64,000 bases of DNA, taken from contig CBFIGY010000009.1 in NCBI GenBank assembly GCA_965662235.1, forward strand, positions 1 to 64,000. Reading direction: 5' to 3'. The translations under genes and the position numbers were made by a program. This document shows, one piece after another, positions 19,223-29,000 of this stretch; position 1 is the stretch's first letter; every line of letters begins with the position of its first letter. The notes below the pieces were generated by a model. It was not told the origin of the DNA, did not search any database, and saw nothing but the letters and a program-made list of their open reading frames with translations. The DNA comes from an uncultured bacterium (GTDB lineage: Bacteria > SAR324 > NAC60-12).

Positions 19223-19489
19223 CTACTTGAGCTGACTGTCTTTGCTGCCGCTGCGGTTGTAAAGGGAGATCGTCTTTTGGGACTTCTCAAGGGCGGACTG
19301 ACACTGCACACAGAGCCGGACGCCCGGAATCGCCTCTCGGCGCCGTTCCGGGATCGCGGCATCGCACTCTTCGCAGAACTCCAGACTCTCTCCCTCAGGA
19401 AGCCGGCTCCGCGCCAACTCCACCGCTCCAGCGACAGTGGCGTCAATCTGTTCCTGAACCGCTCCTTCCTTTGCCCATCCGACCGCCAT
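19223..19489 (-). CDS. DksA/TraR-family C4 zinc-finger protein (YbiI-like)
   Basis: MAVGWAKEGAVQEQID...CEEC...CVQC...YNRSGSKDSQLK; SD AAGGAGG. Confidence 0.92.
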   Translation of the reverse strand: MAVGWAKEGAVQEQIDATVAGAVELARSRLPEGESLEFCEECDAAIPERRREAIPGVRLCVQCQSALEKSQKTISLYNRSGSKDSQLK

Positions 19490-19582
19490 GTACCTCCTTG
19501 ATGCTTCCGTGTCTTTGGTCCGTACGTTTCAGGAAACGAGTCTAGCACATTTTTCAGCCGAGCTCATCCGGAGGCCCGCTCT

Positions 19583-21811
19583 TCACTCCTGCCCGAGGTA
19601 GGCCCGGATCTGCTCATCTTCGGGGTTCTTCGCAATCAGCGCTTCCCGGAAGGCCTTAAAGTCCTGCTCATACTTGGCCTCGACCACAAAGACATCGAGC
19701 AGGAAGCTTCCGGTGTTGTCGTTGTAGAAGCGAGCCGGAGGAGGATACGTCCGCCAGTCCCGGACCAGGAAGGACAGCTCTCCCATTTCCGTGATGGTGG
19801 AGCGGGCCAAGTAGACCTTTTGCTCCTCCCGCCAGAAGGTCTGGCGCTGCCGGGGCTCGTCTCCAACCCGGAAGGTCAGGATCCAGTTGTTGCTCAGCGG
19901 CTGCGGCCCTCGGTCTCGGACCTTGGAGCAGTTATCGCAAACCTTCACCCTGCCGGAGCCCACCATGATCAGGACATCACCGTAATCCATCTGAATGCCG
20001 GTATCGGTCCAGGAGGAGCGGGTTCCGTTCACCCGCACCCGGCGATAGTCCTTGACGTGGAAGCCAGCTTGGTAAGGCGGAAAGACCAAGGGGTCAGGGC
20101 AGCCAATGCCAAAGAGGCCACAGCCCACCGTCTCTCGGCTGCTTGCCTCCGCCCGCTCATACAGGGCCCGGAGGCGCTTGACCTCAGCAAACTTAGAGAG
20201 CTGTCCGGACTGCCGTTGCTCCAAGCTCGCCAGCAACTCCCGGACTTCCTTGACCTGCTTTTCGGCTTCCGGAGCCCCTTCATACTTGCTGAGGAAGTCC
20301 CGGTACTTGCCTGCAGTGGGCTGGTAGTTCAGGCGGCTGTAGACGCTCATCATGGCACTGCGGTCAAACTCCGTTTCGCTCGTGTCCTCTGCCTCCTGCT
20401 GGCTCCGGACATTCAGCATACGGTTGACCTTCTGCACTTCCGTGGACGCCCAGGCGTAAGGGCCGTAGGTGCCAATGAAGCGCTTCAGGCGTCCCTTGGT
20501 GGCACCATACTGGATCTGCTTGAACTCGTCCCGCATCTCCTGAATCCGGGTTTCGTTTTCGGAAGCCGCCGACGCTGCTTCCCGCTTCTTCAGGTCGTTA
20601 CGGATTGCGGCCACCTCATCGGCAGCCCACGCATACGCCTGGTAGGTTTCCACAAAACGCTCCTTGCGGCCTTTTGTCGCACCCAGCTGAATTTCCTGGA
20701 ACTCCTCGCGCATCTCCTGCTGCTGACCATCGTTTCCCAAAGCCGCCACGGTCACCTCTTGAGGTGCGGGCTTCTCTACAGGAGCCGCAGCCTGCTGCTG
20801 GCGTTCTCGGCGCCGTTCCAGCATGCGCTTCTTGAGTTCCGCCACCTTCACCAAGGTACTTTGTGGGAAGGACTCAATGAAGAAGGCCAGGTCATCCGGA
20901 TTTCCCGAATCCTTGACCAGCTCCCAGGCTTCCTCGTCAGGCAGGTACTGACGTGACGGGGCCGCAACTTCCGGAGCAGCAGGAGGGGCTTCCACCCGAG
21001 CCACAGGAAGAACGGCAGGTTCCGGCTGAGGCTCGACAAAGAAGAAATCCCCGGTCAGCGAAGACGCATCCCACGGAACCTGAGCGCCGTTGCTTTTTTC
21101 CTGAACCGATGCCCGGACCTGCTTGAACACTTCTTCGAGCTTCATGCCCGGAGACCTCATGTGCTTGATCAGCTCGCCGGTGTACAGTCCGTTGCTGCCA
21201 GTGCCATCAGAGGCCACGCTTCCCGGGGCGGTGGCGTAGGCAATGAAGGTGCCGGACGGAGCATTGAGCGTTGCCAGTCCCTGTGAAGCGCTCCGGAAGC
21301 TCCGGGCATAAGGGTTGTTGCGGCAGGCGTCCAAAATGACGAGGTTCATGTTGTTCCGGGCCGCATCCATTTTGGCCAGAACCCGTCCCACATTGACCGC
21401 CTCATACTCCACATCCTCCTCGGCGCCAATCTGGGCATTGACGGGGATCAGGTAGTTCTGTCCCTCCACCTGCATGCCGTGTCCGGAGTAGTAGAAGAGC
21501 CCCAGCCCACCGTCTTGCAGTTTTTTCCCAAACCGGTCAATCGCCCGCTTCATCTCACGCTGAGACGCATCCTGAAGCAAGTCGACCTGAAAGCCGAGGT
21601 TCGTCAGCGTCTCCGACATCGACTGGGCGTCGTTGACGGGGTTCTTCAGCGGGGCCGATTCATATTCGGCATTCCCGATAATCAGGGCAATCCGAGCGTT
21701 AGATTCCGCGGGTTCCGGCGTATCGGTCACCCGGGCAATGCCCTTGGTGGCCTGAGCGTAGCTGCTCGTGACCCAGCAGAGGAGCACGAGAAGGGGCAGG
21801 ATTGATTTCAT
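19583..21811 (-). CDS. Secreted caspase-family (peptidase C14) multidomain protein
   Basis: Signal peptide from ATG 21811, ALIIGN, LKNPVNDA, YYSGHG and LDACRNNP (His-Cys dyad), then helical repeats and a C-terminal beta-rich domain. Confidence 0.9.
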   Translation of the reverse strand: MKSILPLLVLLCWVTSSYAQATKGIARVTDTPEPAESNARIALIIGNAEYESAPLKNPVNDAQSMSETLTNLGFQVDLLQDASQREMKRAIDRFGKKLQDGGLGLFYYSGHGMQVEGQNYLIPVNAQIGAEEDVEYEAVNVGRVLAKMDAARNNMNLVILDACRNNPYARSFRSASQGLATLNAPSGTFIAYATAPGSVASDGTGSNGLYTGELIKHMRSPGMKLEEVFKQVRASVQEKSNGAQVPWDASSLTGDFFFVEPQPEPAVLPVARVEAPPAAPEVAAPSRQYLPDEEAWELVKDSGNPDDLAFFIESFPQSTLVKVAELKKRMLERRRERQQQAAAPVEKPAPQEVTVAALGNDGQQQEMREEFQEIQLGATKGRKERFVETYQAYAWAADEVAAIRNDLKKREAASAASENETRIQEMRDEFKQIQYGATKGRLKRFIGTYGPYAWASTEVQKVNRMLNVRSQQEAEDTSETEFDRSAMMSVYSRLNYQPTAGKYRDFLSKYEGAPEAEKQVKEVRELLASLEQRQSGQLSKFAEVKRLRALYERAEASSRETVGCGLFGIGCPDPLVFPPYQAGFHVKDYRRVRVNGTRSSWTDTGIQMDYGDVLIMVGSGRVKVCDNCSKVRDRGPQPLSNNWILTFRVGDEPRQRQTFWREEQKVYLARSTITEMGELSFLVRDWRTYPPPARFYNDNTGSFLLDVFVVEAKYEQDFKAFREALIAKNPEDEQIRAYLGQE

Positions 21812-21909
21812 GAGTCCTCTCAACAAGATTCGACATCCTTTAGCAGACTAGCGAATGCACCCAGGAAGGCAACCCTGTTTGGGCAAAATTGTGGGGGAAG
21901 ATGAACCGT

Positions 21910-22857
21910 TTAGCGCCGCAACCGGAGGCGGGGATCGACCCAGGCGTAGGCCAGGTCCACCAGAAAGGTCACCACCGTTACGGCCAGCACCAGCAGGATG
22001 GAGACGCTTTTGACCACAATCAGGTCCCGCTGCGTGATGCCCTGAAACACAAGGCGCCCGAGTCCAGGGAGGTAGAACACGTTTTCAATGATGACCGCGC
22101 CTGCGATGAGAAAGGAGAACTGCATTCCTAGGATGGTCAGCACCGGAATCAGCGCGTTGCGGAGGGCATGCTGCCAGAGCGCCTGACGCTCGCTCAGCCC
22201 CTTCGCACGGGCGGTCCGGATGTAGTCTTCACTGAGGGTCTCCAGCAACGACGAACGCAGCACGCGTGTGAGGATCGACGCCTGCGGCAACGCCAAAGCC
22301 ACCGCCGGAAGCGTCAGGGCCTTCAGAGCCACGCCCCACCCTGCATCCCATCCCGGAAAACCGCCTGCTGAAAACCACCTGAGGGTGATGGAAAACAGCA
22401 GCACCAGCAGCATCGCAAACCAGAAATTCGGAATGGCGATGCCCAACTGGGTGACCCCCATGATGGAAAAATCGAGGGACGAATTCCGCCGAGCGGCCGC
22501 CCATACTCCTGCAGGCAGCGCAATGGCGGTGGACAGCAACAGCGCGTAAAGGGCCAACGGCAGCGACACCCAGAGCCGCTCGCCCACCAGCTCTGAGACG
22601 GGCACACGGTAGGTGTAGCTGGTTCCGAATTCCCCTTGAAAGAGCCCGGCGATCCAGCTCAGGTAGCGCTCTGGTGCCGACGCATTCAGGCCAAGCTGCT
22701 CCCGGAGCGCGGCCACCGTGTCCGGCTGAGCGTTGAGGCCCAGCATGAACGACGCCGGGTCTCCCGGAACCACCTCCAGCACCAAAAAAATGACGGCGCT
22801 GGCCAGAAGCAGTCCCAGGGACAGGGAGAGGAGGCGTCGGAAGGCGTAACGCAGCAT
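21910..22857 (-). CDS. Peptide/nickel-type ABC permease (DppB-like)
   Basis: VPGDPA, DYIRTARAKGL, HALRNALIP, ENVFYLPGLG, DPRLR. Confidence 0.93.
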   Translation of the reverse strand: MLRYAFRRLLSLSLGLLLASAVIFLVLEVVPGDPASFMLGLNAQPDTVAALREQLGLNASAPERYLSWIAGLFQGEFGTSYTYRVPVSELVGERLWVSLPLALYALLLSTAIALPAGVWAAARRNSSLDFSIMGVTQLGIAIPNFWFAMLLVLLFSITLRWFSAGGFPGWDAGWGVALKALTLPAVALALPQASILTRVLRSSLLETLSEDYIRTARAKGLSERQALWQHALRNALIPVLTILGMQFSFLIAGAVIIENVFYLPGLGRLVFQGITQRDLIVVKSVSILLVLAVTVVTFLVDLAYAWVDPRLRLRR

Positions 22858-22870
22858 CCAGAGGCTCCGG

Positions 22871-24352
22871 TCAGTCGACCCAGTAGACGCCGGTCATGTC
22901 GTTGGCCTGGGTTGGGGCATTCTTCCAGAGCCCGCGGAGTTTGGCGTTTGCGACACCGGTTTTGGCCAGCTGAAAGAGGAAGCCATTGACCGCGTCATCT
23001 GTGATCTGACGCTGTGCCTGCTGCAGCAACGTGGTCCGCTGCTGAGGATCGCTTTCCCCAGTCAGCTGCGCCATGAGTGCCTTGAAGTCGGGGTTGTTGT
23101 ACTGGAAGTAGTAATCGTCCCGGGCGTAAATGCCAATATCCATCGGCTCGGTATGCGAGACAATTGTGAGGTCGTAGTCCTTGTTCTTGAAAACCTGCTC
23201 AATCCACTGGGCCCACTCGACATTGGAGATTTCGAGCTCAATGCCAATCTGCCGTAACTGTGCCGCAACAATTTCGCCTCCTCGGCGGGCATAGGATGGG
23301 GGGGGAAGCTTCAGAGACGCCTTGAACCCGTTGGGGTAGCCGGCTTCCGCCAGCAGCTCCTTGGCCCGGTTGACGTCATGGGGGTACTGGCCGGTCAGGT
23401 CCACGTAGGCGGGGTGATGTGGCGCAAAGTGGGTGCCGATCGGAGTCCCGTACCCAAACATGGCTCCGTCAATGATGGCCTGGCGGTCGAGGGCGTGCGC
23501 CATGGCCTGCCGGACCTTGAGCTTGTCAAAAGGTGCCCGACTGTTGTTGGTGGAGAGGATGGTTTCCCCTTCTGTTGATCCCACAATCACTTGAAAGCGG
23601 GGATCCATTTCAAACTGAGGCAGGTTCTCCGGAGCCGGAAAAACCGAGAAGGCGTCCACATCTTCCGCCATCATGGCCGCAAAGGCCGCTGTTGGATCTG
23701 AGATGAACTTGAACGTCACCTGCTCCAGCGCCACGGCTTTGCCCCAGTAGTCGGCATTGCGCTCCACCGTCACATGGTCACCCTTCACCCACTCCTTGAA
23801 GCGGAAGGGACCGGTGCCCACTGGGTTGGTCGCATTGTTGGCTGCAGACTCCGGAGCCACCATCACGGCATCGCCCCACGCCAAGTTGAACAGGAATCCT
23901 CCGTTGGGCTGACTGAGCACGACCTCCACGGTGTCGGCATCCACCACTCGAACCTCCTCAATGCCGGCAAACAGCGCCTTTTGGGCATTGGTCGAGTCTT
24001 CGGCCCGGGCACGGTCGAGGGAAAACTTGACGTCCTCCGCATCAAAGCGAGTGCCATCGTGGAAGGACACCTGCGATTGCAGCTCAAAGGTGTAGGTCCG
24101 GCCATCTGCCGAGATCGTCCACGACTGAGCTAGGGCCGGTTGAACCGCGCCGTTGGCATCAAAACGAGTCAGGCCCTCCATGACGTTCGCATACACGACT
24201 TCGTCAATGGCCGCCGCTGCGCCAGCCGTTGGGTCCAGATTCGGAGGCTCCAGCTGCATGCCAAGGGTCACTGCGTTGGGAGCGGCCGAAGCAACACCAG
24301 AAGCCAGTAGCAGTCCGGCTGCAGCAGCCGTCCATTTCATTGGGCAGTCCAT
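22871..24352 (-). CDS. Peptide/nickel-type ABC substrate-binding protein (SBP family 5)
   Basis: Signal peptide, LEPPNLDPT, FHDG, PVGTGPF, VRQAMAHALDR; SD AGGAG before ATG 24352. Confidence 0.93.
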   Translation of the reverse strand: MDCPMKWTAAAAGLLLASGVASAAPNAVTLGMQLEPPNLDPTAGAAAAIDEVVYANVMEGLTRFDANGAVQPALAQSWTISADGRTYTFELQSQVSFHDGTRFDAEDVKFSLDRARAEDSTNAQKALFAGIEEVRVVDADTVEVVLSQPNGGFLFNLAWGDAVMVAPESAANNATNPVGTGPFRFKEWVKGDHVTVERNADYWGKAVALEQVTFKFISDPTAAFAAMMAEDVDAFSVFPAPENLPQFEMDPRFQVIVGSTEGETILSTNNSRAPFDKLKVRQAMAHALDRQAIIDGAMFGYGTPIGTHFAPHHPAYVDLTGQYPHDVNRAKELLAEAGYPNGFKASLKLPPPSYARRGGEIVAAQLRQIGIELEISNVEWAQWIEQVFKNKDYDLTIVSHTEPMDIGIYARDDYYFQYNNPDFKALMAQLTGESDPQQRTTLLQQAQRQITDDAVNGFLFQLAKTGVANAKLRGLWKNAPTQANDMTGVYWVD

Positions 24353-24504
24353 GAATTTTCTCCTGTTAGGTGGGTCACAACAGAAAGGAACGGCGCCTGA
24401 GCAGGACTCCGGACGCCGAAGGTGCTTTACGATATCGCGGTCTGGGTGATGTGCAAGTGGAGAGATGGGACGCCCGGGGTCCCCTGAAGCAACGGGCGGG
24501 AAAT

Positions 24505-24987
24505 TCAGCGCTCCATGAGCATGGTGACCTGCTCCTGCGGAACCAGTCGGGTTTTGTGAAACACCACGCCCTTGGCATCAATGAGCACATTGATGGGCGG
24601 ACGCAGAGGCGTGTAGTGGTAATCTAGGCTGGCGATGTCGTCCTTGTCGAGCAGCACCTCAAAGGGCAACTCAAACTTGTCCCGGACCGCCCGGACCTTC
24701 TCCACCTCATCCTGAGAGGTGATGTTGATGGCAACAATCTTCAGTCCCTGTTCGGCATACTGCTGGTGCATCTTCTTGAGTACGGGCAACTCCCGTAGGC
24801 AGATGCTTCACCAGCTGGCCCAGAACATCAGCAACGTCGGTTGCTTGCCAATGAAGGCCTCCGTTTCCACTAGGCCGCCGTCTAGGCGCTCCAGCGTAAA
24901 GTGAGGGGCCTCCTCTCCGGGGGCGACCTCAGCGGTTGCCATCGTGGCCAGCAGCAGCAGAGCCAGGGCCATTCCAAGGGCTTTCAT
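24505..24987 (-). CDS. TlpA/ResA-like thiol-disulfide oxidoreductase, probable selenoprotein (UxxC, in-frame TGA at 24810-24808)
   Basis: SD GAGGAGG, then ATG 24987: MKALGMALALLLLATMATAEVAPGEEAPHFTLERLDGG...LLMFWASW-TGA-SICLRELPVLKKMHQQY..., continuing in frame into ORF 24505..24789 (160 aa total, TGA is codon 60). Confidence 0.88.
24767..24806 (-). promoter_or_regulatory. SECIS-like hairpin immediately 3' of the in-frame UGA
   Basis: mRNA UGA-A-GCAUCU-GCC-UACGGG-AGUUG-CCCGUA-CUCAAGA-AGAUGC: lower stem GCAUCU/AGAUGC, upper stem UACGGG/CCCGUA, loop AGUUG. Confidence 0.7.
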
Positions 24988-25038
24988 GCGTGTTCCTCCT
25001 CAGTTGAATGTGATAAACGATGGGTGGACTTCCGGGGC

Positions 25039-25800
25039 CTACGCCTCCAGTTCCTCATAGAGTCGCTGGAACTCTCGGCTCACCTTGTGCCCCGGATCCA
25101 TCAGCACCAGCGGTTGCGCTTCACCGTGAGACTCTCGGATCTTCACCGAGGAAGAGAGGTAGGTCTGCAGGACCGGAAGTTGGTCGTTGAGCAGTTCCTC
25201 CACAATCTGGGCAGGAAACTTAGCTCGTGGCTGAAACTGATTGACAATGATCCCCTCCACCATCAGGTCCCGGTTGTGGTCCACCCGGATCTCATTGACG
25301 TTTTCCAGCAAGGCGTAAAGGGCGTTTTTGGAAAAGCTATCGCAGTCGAAGGGGATCAGGCACCGGGAACCGGCAATGAGGGCTGAGCGGGTGTAGAAGC
25401 CCAAAGCAGGAGGCGTGTCGATGTAAATACGGTCGTAGTTCAGCTCATCCAGCGCCTCCCGGAGCTTGAACATCTTGTAACGCGACTCCAGCTTGCCCTG
25501 CAGCTCCTCCATCTCCGGATGCGCGGGCATCAGCTCAAGGTTGGCAAAGGGCGTAAAGTGAACAAACTCCCCTGGCTCTGGGCTCCGGAAGGAGAAGCTC
25601 AGCATGCTGTCAAAGAAGTGATAAACCGTCTGCTGGTCCGGAATGCCCACCGAGCCCATCAGGTACTGGGTGGTGTTGCCTTGAGGGTCCAGGTCAATCA
25701 CCAGCGTCCGCAATCCGCTGGCCGCACTGAGGGCTGCGAGGTTGCAGGTGATGGTGGATTTTCCCACTCCCCCTTTTTTATTGAAGACGACCCGCCGCAT
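25039..25800 (-). CDS. ParA-family ATPase (no ParB next to it)
   Basis: Deviant Walker [26 protein letters not shown]. Confidence 0.92.
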   Translation of the reverse strand: MRRVVFNKKGGVGKSTITCNLAALSAASGLRTLVIDLDPQGNTTQYLMGSVGIPDQQTVYHFFDSMLSFSFRSPEPGEFVHFTPFANLELMPAHPEMEELQGKLESRYKMFKLREALDELNYDRIYIDTPPALGFYTRSALIAGSRCLIPFDCDSFSKNALYALLENVNEIRVDHNRDLMVEGIIVNQFQPRAKFPAQIVEELLNDQLPVLQTYLSSSVKIRESHGEAQPLVLMDPGHKVSREFQRLYEELEA

Positions 25801-25888
25801 CGTGTTTCTTGATTCGGGTTGAAGCAGTGTGTGTCACGGGCAATGATACGCGACTTCCCCTCACTTTCCAGAGGAAATCCGCTCCGGC

Positions 25889-27454
25889 TCACGGACGTTG
25901 AGGCTTGGGGGGTCCGCCTGAGCCCGATTTCCGGGGCTTGCGAGGACGGACCCGCTGTTCCTTCAGCTTGAGGTACTCAGGGTCTCGCGTCAGGTTTCGG
26001 GACAGGTACACGTGCTCATTGGGGTTCCCAAAACCTTCATTGACGAAGAAGCGCAGGGCGGGCTTGTTGTCTGCTTCCGTGTCAATCAGGAGCATCCGGG
26101 CGCCCTCTGCAATGAAACGCTCGGTGATCTTGTCCAAGAGACGCTTGCCCACGCCCTTGCCCTGCCAGTTCGGGTTGACCCCCAGCCAGTCGAGCCACCC
26201 ATACACCCAGGCGCTCCGACGCTTCTCCATCAGAGAACCTAGGGCGAAGCCGACCACTTCGCCCTCTCCCGCATCCGCAACCCAGCAGAACTCCCCATCT
26301 GTGTTGAACATGTTGACGATGTCGGTTTCATCCCAGGTCCGGTAGAGGTTGGGCCAGTCTTCAGCCGTGTAGAGCTGTTCCCCAAGCGCATAAACCTTAT
26401 GCAAATCCGCCAGCTCCATTTCCCGGATTTCCAAGTTCCCAGGGGTTTTTCCAGGCTTCACAGGGGCTTCCGGAGCCGGAACCGTTGTCACAGACGGGGG
26501 GTGTTCGCGGAGCAACGCGTTGAGCTGCCGGGTGATCCAGCGGGACGCTTCCCGGGCCTGAGGCAGAAGCCCTCGCGTGTTGACAAACCCGTGAAGCATG
26601 CCTTCCCAGTTACGCTCCATGACAGGAACCTGGGCCTCCCGGAGTCGCTTGGCGTATGCCACCCCTTCGTCCCGGAGCGGATCAAACCCCGCCACCAGCA
26701 GCAGCGTCGGTGGAAGCCCCTTGACCTGTTCCGCAAAGAGCACTGAGGCTTCCGGGTGCCGGCGATCCACCTCCGGAGGCAAGTAGTGGTCAATGAACCA
26801 GCTCATGGCGGCACGGGTCAGCCCAAAGCCCTCGGCAAACTGCTCATACGAAGCAAAGCTCTGGGTCAGGTCCGTGACCGGATAAATGAGCGCCTGAGCC
26901 ACCAACTCAGGGCCGTGCTGATCGCGTGCCCGGAGCGCCACAGCAGCAGCTAGGTTGCCACCAGCGCTGTCGCCGCCCACCATGAGCTGACGGGGGTCAC
27001 CACCCAGCTCCCGAGCGTGTCGTGCCACCCACTCCGTCGCCGCCCAGCAGTCTTCCAGAGGCCCTGGGAACCGACACTCCGGGGCGAGCCGGTAGTCCAC
27101 TGACACCACCAGCCACTGCCCTTCCTGACACAAAGCCCGGCAGAAGCCCTCTACGGAATCCAAGTTGCCCACCACCCAGCCGCCTCCATGAAAGAAGACC
27201 AGCGTGGGCCATGCCGTTCCTTCCGCACCTTCCGGATAGTACAACCGAAGCGGTACGTTGTGGCCCTGCGGCCCCGGGATGGTCCGGTTTTCAATGGAGC
27301 CCACAGGGGTGGGCGGCCCTGACTGCCAGGCAGGCGTTTGCAGGTGCTGCGCGCGAGCCTGCTCGGGAGAGAGGGTGGTGATGTCGGCCAACTGCGCCTC
27401 CTGACGGAGTTGCAGCAGCATTTGCGCTTCAGGCGCAAGGAGGGATCCAGTCAT
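25889..27454 (-). CDS. HSL-family esterase/lipase fused to a C-terminal GNAT acetyltransferase
   Basis: FFHGGGW, GDSAGG, FDPLRDEG and HGF; a Pro-rich linker; then GNAT motif A LGVNPNWQGKGVG and NKPALRFF. Confidence 0.88.
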   Translation of the reverse strand: MTGSLLAPEAQMLLQLRQEAQLADITTLSPEQARAQHLQTPAWQSGPPTPVGSIENRTIPGPQGHNVPLRLYYPEGAEGTAWPTLVFFHGGGWVVGNLDSVEGFCRALCQEGQWLVVSVDYRLAPECRFPGPLEDCWAATEWVARHARELGGDPRQLMVGGDSAGGNLAAAVALRARDQHGPELVAQALIYPVTDLTQSFASYEQFAEGFGLTRAAMSWFIDHYLPPEVDRRHPEASVLFAEQVKGLPPTLLLVAGFDPLRDEGVAYAKRLREAQVPVMERNWEGMLHGFVNTRGLLPQAREASRWITRQLNALLREHPPSVTTVPAPEAPVKPGKTPGNLEIREMELADLHKVYALGEQLYTAEDWPNLYRTWDETDIVNMFNTDGEFCWVADAGEGEVVGFALGSLMEKRRSAWVYGWLDWLGVNPNWQGKGVGKRLLDKITERFIAEGARMLLIDTEADNKPALRFFVNEGFGNPNEHVYLSRNLTRDPEYLKLKEQRVRPRKPRKSGSGGPPKPQRP

Positions 27455-27547
27455 CGTCAGGGTCCAAAAAGTGAGGGCAAGCGGGAAGTGCTGCTGGAAC
27501 AGCCCTCCCGTCTCAAGAAACCGCCTTGGCGAGAAGGCGTCACCAAC

Positions 27548-28540
27548 TCAGTCAAAATCCAGAAAGGTCCCTAGGTTCCGGGCTTCCGCCTGATCCAGAA
27601 CAAGCCGCGCCGCAACCGCATCTTGTGCCGCGAGGCCACAGGACTTGAAAAAGGTCACCTGGTCCGGAGAGGTTCGTCCGGGACGGGTGCCGTTGAGCAC
27701 TTCTCCAAGCTCCGCGTGGACGTGTGACGGGTCGAGCTGTCCCTGCTGGATTGGGATGACCAGGTCTCCAGCTTCTGCCAGTACAGACTGCCGGGAATCA
27801 GCCACCACCAGGGCATGACGGACGGTTTCCAGATCAACCTCCTGCATGCTTGCCTGAAAGGACCCGACGCCATTGAGGTGCACTCCCGGACGGAGGTCCG
27901 CATAGCGTAGCACCGGAGTGGTGGACGTGGTCGCGGCACAGACAATGTCCGCATCCCGGACCGCCTCCTGAGAGGAATCCACTGCCCGGAGGTTCTTCGG
28001 AATCGGCCCCTGCCCCGCCAAGTCGGCAACCAACGCCTCGGCATGTGCTCGGGTGGGGCTATACACCCGCGCCTCTTCAATGGTCCGGACCGCACAGACG
28101 GCCTCCAGCTGAGCCCGGGCCTGGATTCCGCTTCCCAGTACACCGACAACAGTGGATTCCGGACGAGCCAAGACGTCGGTTGCGGCTCCGCCTCCGGCTC
28201 CTGTACGGATGCCCGTCAGAGACTCTCCATCGATCAAGGCCAGCGGCACCCCCGTCTTGGGATGAAACGCCAGCACCAGCGCGTGAATCAGCGGCAGTTG
28301 CTGAGCGGGGTTGTTGCCAAACACGGTCACCAGCTTCACCATCAGGCTCTGCTCTTCTGGGACCGAGGCGGGCATGGTCAGCAGCACCCCGCTCTGTTCC
28401 GGAACCGGCACCCGCGACCGCAGCGGCGCCTCAACGGTTCCGGCAGACCACGCTTGAAACGCCCGCTTCATGCCCTCAATGGCCAGGTCCATTGGCAGGG
28501 CCTGACGAACGTCGGTTCCTTTCAAAATTCGTAACAGCAT
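27548..28540 (-). CDS. Ornithine cyclodeaminase/mu-crystallin family protein
   Basis: LTGIRTGA, GSGIQA, ADIVCAAT, FFKSCGLAAQD. Confidence 0.9.
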   Translation of the reverse strand: MLLRILKGTDVRQALPMDLAIEGMKRAFQAWSAGTVEAPLRSRVPVPEQSGVLLTMPASVPEEQSLMVKLVTVFGNNPAQQLPLIHALVLAFHPKTGVPLALIDGESLTGIRTGAGGGAATDVLARPESTVVGVLGSGIQARAQLEAVCAVRTIEEARVYSPTRAHAEALVADLAGQGPIPKNLRAVDSSQEAVRDADIVCAATTSTTPVLRYADLRPGVHLNGVGSFQASMQEVDLETVRHALVVADSRQSVLAEAGDLVIPIQQGQLDPSHVHAELGEVLNGTRPGRTSPDQVTFFKSCGLAAQDAVAARLVLDQAEARNLGTFLDFD

Positions 28541-28742
28541 CACTTCCTTTGCTTTGGTCAAAACGGGCTGAGCGTAGCAGGCCTGTGCGTGGGAGTCGAT
28601 CAGGAAATCACCCCAGCGGCTCTCCCCTCCGGCTTCCCCAGCGGCTCAGCTGCCGAACAGCGTTCTGTGGTTTCAGGCGTGAGCTTTTGGGAGACATCTG
28701 GTAATGCTATCTGCTTTTCGCAACTCTATCGTGAAAGACGGC

Positions 28743-28997
28743 ATGACCCTGGAGGAACTCAGAACCGAAATTGACCAGATTGATGAGCACCTGCTGACGC
28801 TGCTCAATGCCCGGGCCCGGTGTGTGGCCGCGATTGGGGAAATCAAGCGCCGCGAGCAGACCGCGGTTCTGGTTCCCGACCGGGAGCGTCAGTTGCTGGC
28901 CAAGCTGACCGCCCTCAATTCGGGCCCCCTTCCGGATGAGATGGTCGTCCGTCTGTTCCAACAGATCATTGACACCCTCAAGGAGTTGCAGCGCTGA
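28743..28997 (+). CDS. Chorismate mutase, type II (AroQ), stand-alone
   Basis: MTLEELRTEIDQIDEHLLTLLNARA...IGEIK...PDRE. Confidence 0.88.
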   Translation: MTLEELRTEIDQIDEHLLTLLNARARCVAAIGEIKRREQTAVLVPDRERQLLAKLTALNSGPLPDEMVVRLFQQIIDTLKELQR

Positions 28998-29000
28998 GCC

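Noticed and set aside
24808..24810. In-frame TGA read as a nonsense mutation or as a genome-wide code change
   Set aside because: Its position at the redox Cys and the adjacent hairpin favour selenocysteine. Many other genes here end at TGA, so UGA is not generally reassigned.
25039..25800. ParA as a sign of a plasmid, prophage or partition locus
   Set aside because: No parB, parS repeats, rep or integrase nearby; the flanking genes are chromosomal.
28608..28650. Short direct repeat CCCCAGCGGCTC (two copies) in a divergent intergenic region
   Set aside because: Only two GC-rich copies with no array structure; not CRISPR-like and plausibly chance.
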